Below are positions 60,360-64,000 of a stretch of 64,000 nucleotides of DNA, one piece after another. The stretch covers positions 1,312,001-1,376,000 of the forward strand of contig OZ244239.1 of the NCBI GenBank assembly GCA_965217115.1, in the 5' to 3' direction. Source of the stretch: Bdellovibrionales bacterium. Its GTDB lineage: Bacteria; Bdellovibrionota; Bdellovibrionia; Bdellovibrionales; CAYMLA01. The notes below the pieces were generated by a model, which was given only the letters and a program-made list of their open reading frames with translations, searched no databases and had not been told where the DNA came from. The position numbers and the translations under genes were made by a program. Every line of letters starts with the position of its first letter. Position 1 is the first letter of the stretch.

Positions 60360-61601
60360 ATGATTTTAAAAATAAGAACGGCTTCTATGGTTTTGGCAGC
60401 TATTTTTTTGATAGTGACGTTTCAGAACTGTGGAGGGCCTTTAAATCAAAATATAGATATTCTTGCCGGGAAAGTGAAGAAATACGCGGACGCTCCTTTT
60501 GCTTTTAAGTCTGACATTGATCAAATAACTTATATGTCTTGTAGTAAGCCATCTGCTCCACGGGCCGAAGGTGCTAGTGTGAATACTTTTTTTACGTTCA
60601 AAGTGGGAGCTTATGGTTCGTCAGGAGTTAAGATACGTGAGGATTTTTCTCTTTATGTTAATAACAAGCATTATCCTATTGGTCTGAACAAGACCAATCT
60701 CAAAGACTCTCTTGTGTACAGCGAAAGAAACAACGGTGCTTCTTTACAGCTGGCGGTGCGTCCCCGTAGTAATATCAGAGATGTGGTGCATTCTTCTTCA
60801 GGAAATCCTACGTCAGGGATGGATTATGTCAATCTTTGGCCTTCTTTGACGACGGATACAATTGTCGATAATTTTATAAAAGCAGGGAGTGATAATAAGA
60901 TTAATTACATTGTCGGAGGTCGAGGGATTGGTCAAAGGAGAATAGAAGGGGGAATTGTTTTTAATACAGACGCCGGACTTGAGACTGATGTGAGGGCAGC
61001 GCTGACGAACAATGCTTATCTAACACTTACGTATTCGACACCAGAAGATCGTGCTTCGGCGGAGAGTGATGTTGCGGCCCGTTCACCATCGCATTTTGGA
61101 GAGACGTCGAGCAAAAGAGTTTGGGGACAGGCGTTTCAAGTGGATTTTCTAAATCTCGGGCATGTGTCCAGCCCCAGCCGAGTTTTGAATTCTGTGCGTC
61201 AGTTGGAGCTAGATGATGAAGACGGCCCTAAATACAGCGAAGGTGTGAGTTGGAGTTGTCCATCAAGTCTGCGATTAACAATTGTTAGTCCCCTTGATGC
61301 TAACGATAAGATCGACGGAGAAACGACGCTGCCTGGACTGTGTCCGACGGGAGATGATGGAAGTCAAATAACGAGTAGTAATGAATCGGTTTTTAGAACA
61401 ATTCGCCATCACTTACGGTCAGAAGATTGGTATGTGAATCTTACGGGTCTCGATGGAAATCCGTGTATTGTGCCTAAAGCTGGCAAAGGTGATATCTGTT
61501 ATAGTCGTAATTACCCTGTGGAATATGGAACAGGAGAGTGTGGTCCAGAAAAAACTGTAGATTGTGCCCATTTTGTGAGTATTTGCACTCGAAATGATTG
61601 A
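60360..61601 (+). CDS. FQNC-motif lipoprotein with Cys-rich C-terminus, function unknown
   Basis: Signal peptide ending VTFQNCG; DQITYMSC block; C-terminal CAHFVSIC. Confidence 0.78.
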   Translation: MILKIRTASMVLAAIFLIVTFQNCGGPLNQNIDILAGKVKKYADAPFAFKSDIDQITYMSCSKPSAPRAEGASVNTFFTFKVGAYGSSGVKIREDFSLYVNNKHYPIGLNKTNLKDSLVYSERNNGASLQLAVRPRSNIRDVVHSSSGNPTSGMDYVNLWPSLTTDTIVDNFIKAGSDNKINYIVGGRGIGQRRIEGGIVFNTDAGLETDVRAALTNNAYLTLTYSTPEDRASAESDVAARSPSHFGETSSKRVWGQAFQVDFLNLGHVSSPSRVLNSVRQLELDDEDGPKYSEGVSWSCPSSLRLTIVSPLDANDKIDGETTLPGLCPTGDDGSQITSSNESVFRTIRHHLRSEDWYVNLTGLDGNPCIVPKAGKGDICYSRNYPVEYGTGECGPEKTVDCAHFVSICTRND

Positions 61602-61653
61602 TTCCTTTATAGAGATTTAATGCTCACCCGCAGTGAGAACGAAAAAAGCGTTT

Positions 61654-62814
61654 TCAAGAATGTTTTTTTATCTTTTGAGAAATTCGTTTAAAAGAGTTCT
61701 TTAATTGTTTCTCGGCATGGGCTGGATATCCTTTGATGTATTTAGAGGGATTCACCATGCGAGAATTTTTCTTAATGGCAAGATGGAGATGTGGTTTTGT
61801 GCAGTACCCTGTGCAGCCGATTTGTCCAATGGCTTGACCTGCTTTAACAAAAGTTCCAGTGGAGATGTTGGAGTTTACTTTGTTTAGATGATTGTAGTAG
61901 GATTTTAGGCCATTTTTGTGCTGAATAACAATGTAGTTTCCGGGAGCTCTTGCTCTTCCAGTTTTGATAACTCTACCATTGGCGACGGCGTAGACGGGGC
62001 TGGCAGACGGAAGAGCGAAGTCGATTCCGAGATGGGCTTGGCGGCGTTTTTTTATAGGGTGACGACGACGGGCTTGAAAAGAACTGGAAATATGGAGAGT
62101 GTTTACAGGGGAATAAAATGGCTTTACTGAAGAGAAATCTTCTTGGGAGAGAAAAGCACCTCCTGAAATTCCATTTTTAGAAAAAGGCACGAAGATTTTT
62201 TTTATTACTTTATTATTTATTTCTAAAGCGGCAATAAGAACATTTCCAAATTTGATAAAATAATCGTGGTCGAATTTTTTTTCAACAATAAGGTAAAATC
62301 GAGCATTTTTTTTGATATCTCGTTTTAAGTTGTAATCGAGTAAGAATGCATTCATAAAACGGTAGGCAACAAGGGTTTCGTTTATTTTTGAATTAATACT
62401 TGAAATTAATGAGTTTTTTATTTTTCCGTTAATTTTCAGTGTTTGGACTTTGAAGTTTTCTTTTAAAGAATGTGAACCGATTTTGTTGGAAGTTTTCCAA
62501 AAAATGTAGGTTAAATCACTTTGGTGGTCATAGATTTTCATTTGGAACTTTTGCGCACTCTGGAGAAGAAGGTATTTGTGACCAGGAACAAGAAGGAAGT
62601 TTTTAGGAACAAGGCTACGATTAAAGAGTTCTTGTCTCTCTTTGTGTGAGAAACCGTTTTTGGAGAGGAGTGAAAAAAGAGTGTCTCCCGTCAGTATGGT
62701 TTTGACCTCAGTTGAAGAATTGGTGGACAATAGAGCTGGTAAAGAGAGAGAGAATGTCAGCGAAGCGGAGAAAATGATGAGACTGTGTAGAATTTTTTTC
62801 AAGGGATTCCCCAT
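61654..62814 (-). CDS. M23 metallopeptidase (peptidoglycan DD-endopeptidase-like)
   Basis: HLGIDF, YNHL and TKPHLH motifs; N-terminal signal plus OapA/LysM-like segment. Confidence 0.9.
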   Translation of the reverse strand: MGNPLKKILHSLIIFSASLTFSLSLPALLSTNSSTEVKTILTGDTLFSLLSKNGFSHKERQELFNRSLVPKNFLLVPGHKYLLLQSAQKFQMKIYDHQSDLTYIFWKTSNKIGSHSLKENFKVQTLKINGKIKNSLISSINSKINETLVAYRFMNAFLLDYNLKRDIKKNARFYLIVEKKFDHDYFIKFGNVLIAALEINNKVIKKIFVPFSKNGISGGAFLSQEDFSSVKPFYSPVNTLHISSSFQARRRHPIKKRRQAHLGIDFALPSASPVYAVANGRVIKTGRARAPGNYIVIQHKNGLKSYYNHLNKVNSNISTGTFVKAGQAIGQIGCTGYCTKPHLHLAIKKNSRMVNPSKYIKGYPAHAEKQLKNSFKRISQKIKKHS

Positions 62815-63655
62815 TATTGTTTTACAAGCTGCATTGCTATTATTGGTTTTACCTGCTGTAGGACAACATTATTACGGTCCTGTGTCATCTGCAATGGGAG
62901 ATAGTGGTCGAGCGATAATTAACCCCTCTGAATGTATTTATCTGAATCCGGCATGCATTGCCCATTATCGAGGTTATGAAACGTCAGTTTCTTTTAGCAA
63001 CGTGGGCAGCCTTCTAAATGATCAAAAACAGGCTTCTTTTGGTTTCTCTTTGGCAGATAATACGGGAGAAGTCCTTCTTCCGGCTTCCTTTGCTTATCTT
63101 AAAAGAAGGGTGAAAGGTGAGACAGGAGACCGTGTAAATGAGATTAATTATCAACTGTCCATTGCTCGTTTTTTGATCCCACGGTTGGCGCTAGGGTTGG
63201 GTTATCAATATGGTCTCCGTGAGGAAGAAGAGGGAGATGAAGAGCGGCAGAGTGGTCACTTGGGTTTCTTGTACACTCCTATGCATAATCTTGGATTGGC
63301 ATTGGTGGGTTATAATCTGGCTCAAATTGGATATGGAGAGAGATCTTGGGCCTTAGGGCTTTATTATCTTCATACACAGAATTGGCGATTGAGTTTTGAT
63401 GTTTTATTTCTTCCAGAGGGAGGAGAGAGCCAGAGAGTCAATGTTGGAGGGGGATTTGAAACTCGCTTGAATGATTTTGTGGTTTTTCGCTTGGGTTTTC
63501 AGGAAAGTGAATCTTTAGGAGGCTCGTCAGTGGGTAAGTGGACCTCGGGTCTAGGAGTCTCTCTGCCTCGTTTTCAGATAAATTACAGTTATCAGGAAAA
63601 ACGGTCTCAGGTAGGGGAAGAGACTCATAGCATTGACATTAAAATACCTCTTTGA
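62774..63655 (+). CDS. Putative outer-membrane beta-barrel protein (FadL/PorV-like N-terminus)
   Basis: Signal peptide, AMG...A......YLNPA motif, amphipathic strands; GGAG before ATG at 62774/62777. Confidence 0.65.
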   Translation: MMRLCRIFFKGFPIIVLQAALLLLVLPAVGQHYYGPVSSAMGDSGRAIINPSECIYLNPACIAHYRGYETSVSFSNVGSLLNDQKQASFGFSLADNTGEVLLPASFAYLKRRVKGETGDRVNEINYQLSIARFLIPRLALGLGYQYGLREEEEGDEERQSGHLGFLYTPMHNLGLALVGYNLAQIGYGERSWALGLYYLHTQNWRLSFDVLFLPEGGESQRVNVGGGFETRLNDFVVFRLGFQESESLGGSSVGKWTSGLGVSLPRFQINYSYQEKRSQVGEETHSIDIKIPL

Positions 63656-63690
63656 TACAAAAGTCGTCCAAAGTTTAAAAGGAGACTTTT

Positions 63691-63822
63691 ATGGCATCAC
63701 CAGATAAGCGCACGACTTTGATACGCGAGCGTAAAATCTCAAAGGCAGGAAGGAGTCGTAAAAAAGACATTCGTAAGAATGGAACGACTAAATCTCAAAA
63801 AGAGTTGTTTGGAGACAGTTAG
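63691..63822 (+). CDS. Small basic protein (43 aa)
   Basis: AAAAGGAG before ATG; translation MASPDKRTTLIRERKISKAGRSRKKDIRKNGTTKSQKELFGDS. Confidence 0.7.
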   Translation: MASPDKRTTLIRERKISKAGRSRKKDIRKNGTTKSQKELFGDS

Positions 63823-63835
63823 TTTTTAAACTGTG

Positions 63836-64000
63836 CTAGTGACCTAGAATTTTAGCTGCATTTTTATATTGTGCTCGACGACGCAGTTTGGTCGGATACT
63901 GCTGCACGTTCCCTTTTAAATCCCAAATAAAAGCCATTTGTATCCAACCTTCTTGTCCTGAGTGGAAGCGATATTTTTTAAAGGCCTTAAGAGTTTTTCT
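63836..64000 (-). CDS. C-terminal fragment of a protein, possibly a TonB C-terminal domain (5' end outside window)
   Basis: Open frame RKTLKAFKKYRFHSGQEGWIQMAFIWDLKG...ILGH*, resembling the TonB-C 'wrF.P....V...F' end. Confidence 0.5.
   Translation of the reverse strand, partial: RKTLKAFKKYRFHSGQEGWIQMAFIWDLKGNVQQYPTKLRRRAQYKNAAKILGH

Noticed and set aside
62642..62773. Extended N-terminus of the 337-aa ORF
   Set aside because: Antisense to the M23 coding region; the RBS and signal peptide fit a start at 62774/62777.
1..64000. tRNA, rRNA, prophage or anti-phage defence genes
   Set aside because: None recognised by eye. A tRNAscan-SE, Infernal or DefenseFinder run would be needed to exclude them formally.

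Overview
AT-rich bacterial chromosomal segment, inferred to be Bdellovibrionota/Bdellovibrionales-like from an FQNC lipoprotein, a NadD-RsfS fusion, a short EF-Ts, stand-alone pilT and no dxr in the uppS-cdsA-rseP cluster. It is mostly core genes: dnaJ-like/grpE, hemW, an M16 protease, tatBC, a 3-gene acyl-CoA carboxylase, deoC-pdp-PNP, pilT, RNase G/E, rplU-rpmA-obgE-nadD/rsfS-rlmH, a DEAD-box helicase, lolA-rimO, bamD, an ast-like trio plus mltG, xth-pgeF-rluD-tsaB-rseP, cdsA-uppS-frr-pyrH-tsf-rpsB, priA, galU and an M23 peptidase. Two regions stand out. (1) 41.1-44.2 kb is an insert bracketed by two inverted copies of a ~140-nt hairpin element with a near-identical 57-nt core but divergent, self-complementary 30-nt arms. 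It also holds chimeric tandem copies, a 13-bp minisatellite, an internally deleted GT2 gene and an ArnT/PMT-type glycosyltransferase, with no mobilising enzyme. (2) 1.3-7.6 kb is a redox/heme locus with a Tat-exported intradiol dioxygenase, YceI, a diheme lipoprotein and a Cyc2-like diheme cytochrome/beta-barrel fusion downstream of hemW. Several genes look leaderless, and two small ORFs missed by the ORF track are proposed. No rRNA, tRNA, CRISPR array, transposase or integrase was recognised. All calls come from reading motifs; no database searches were run.
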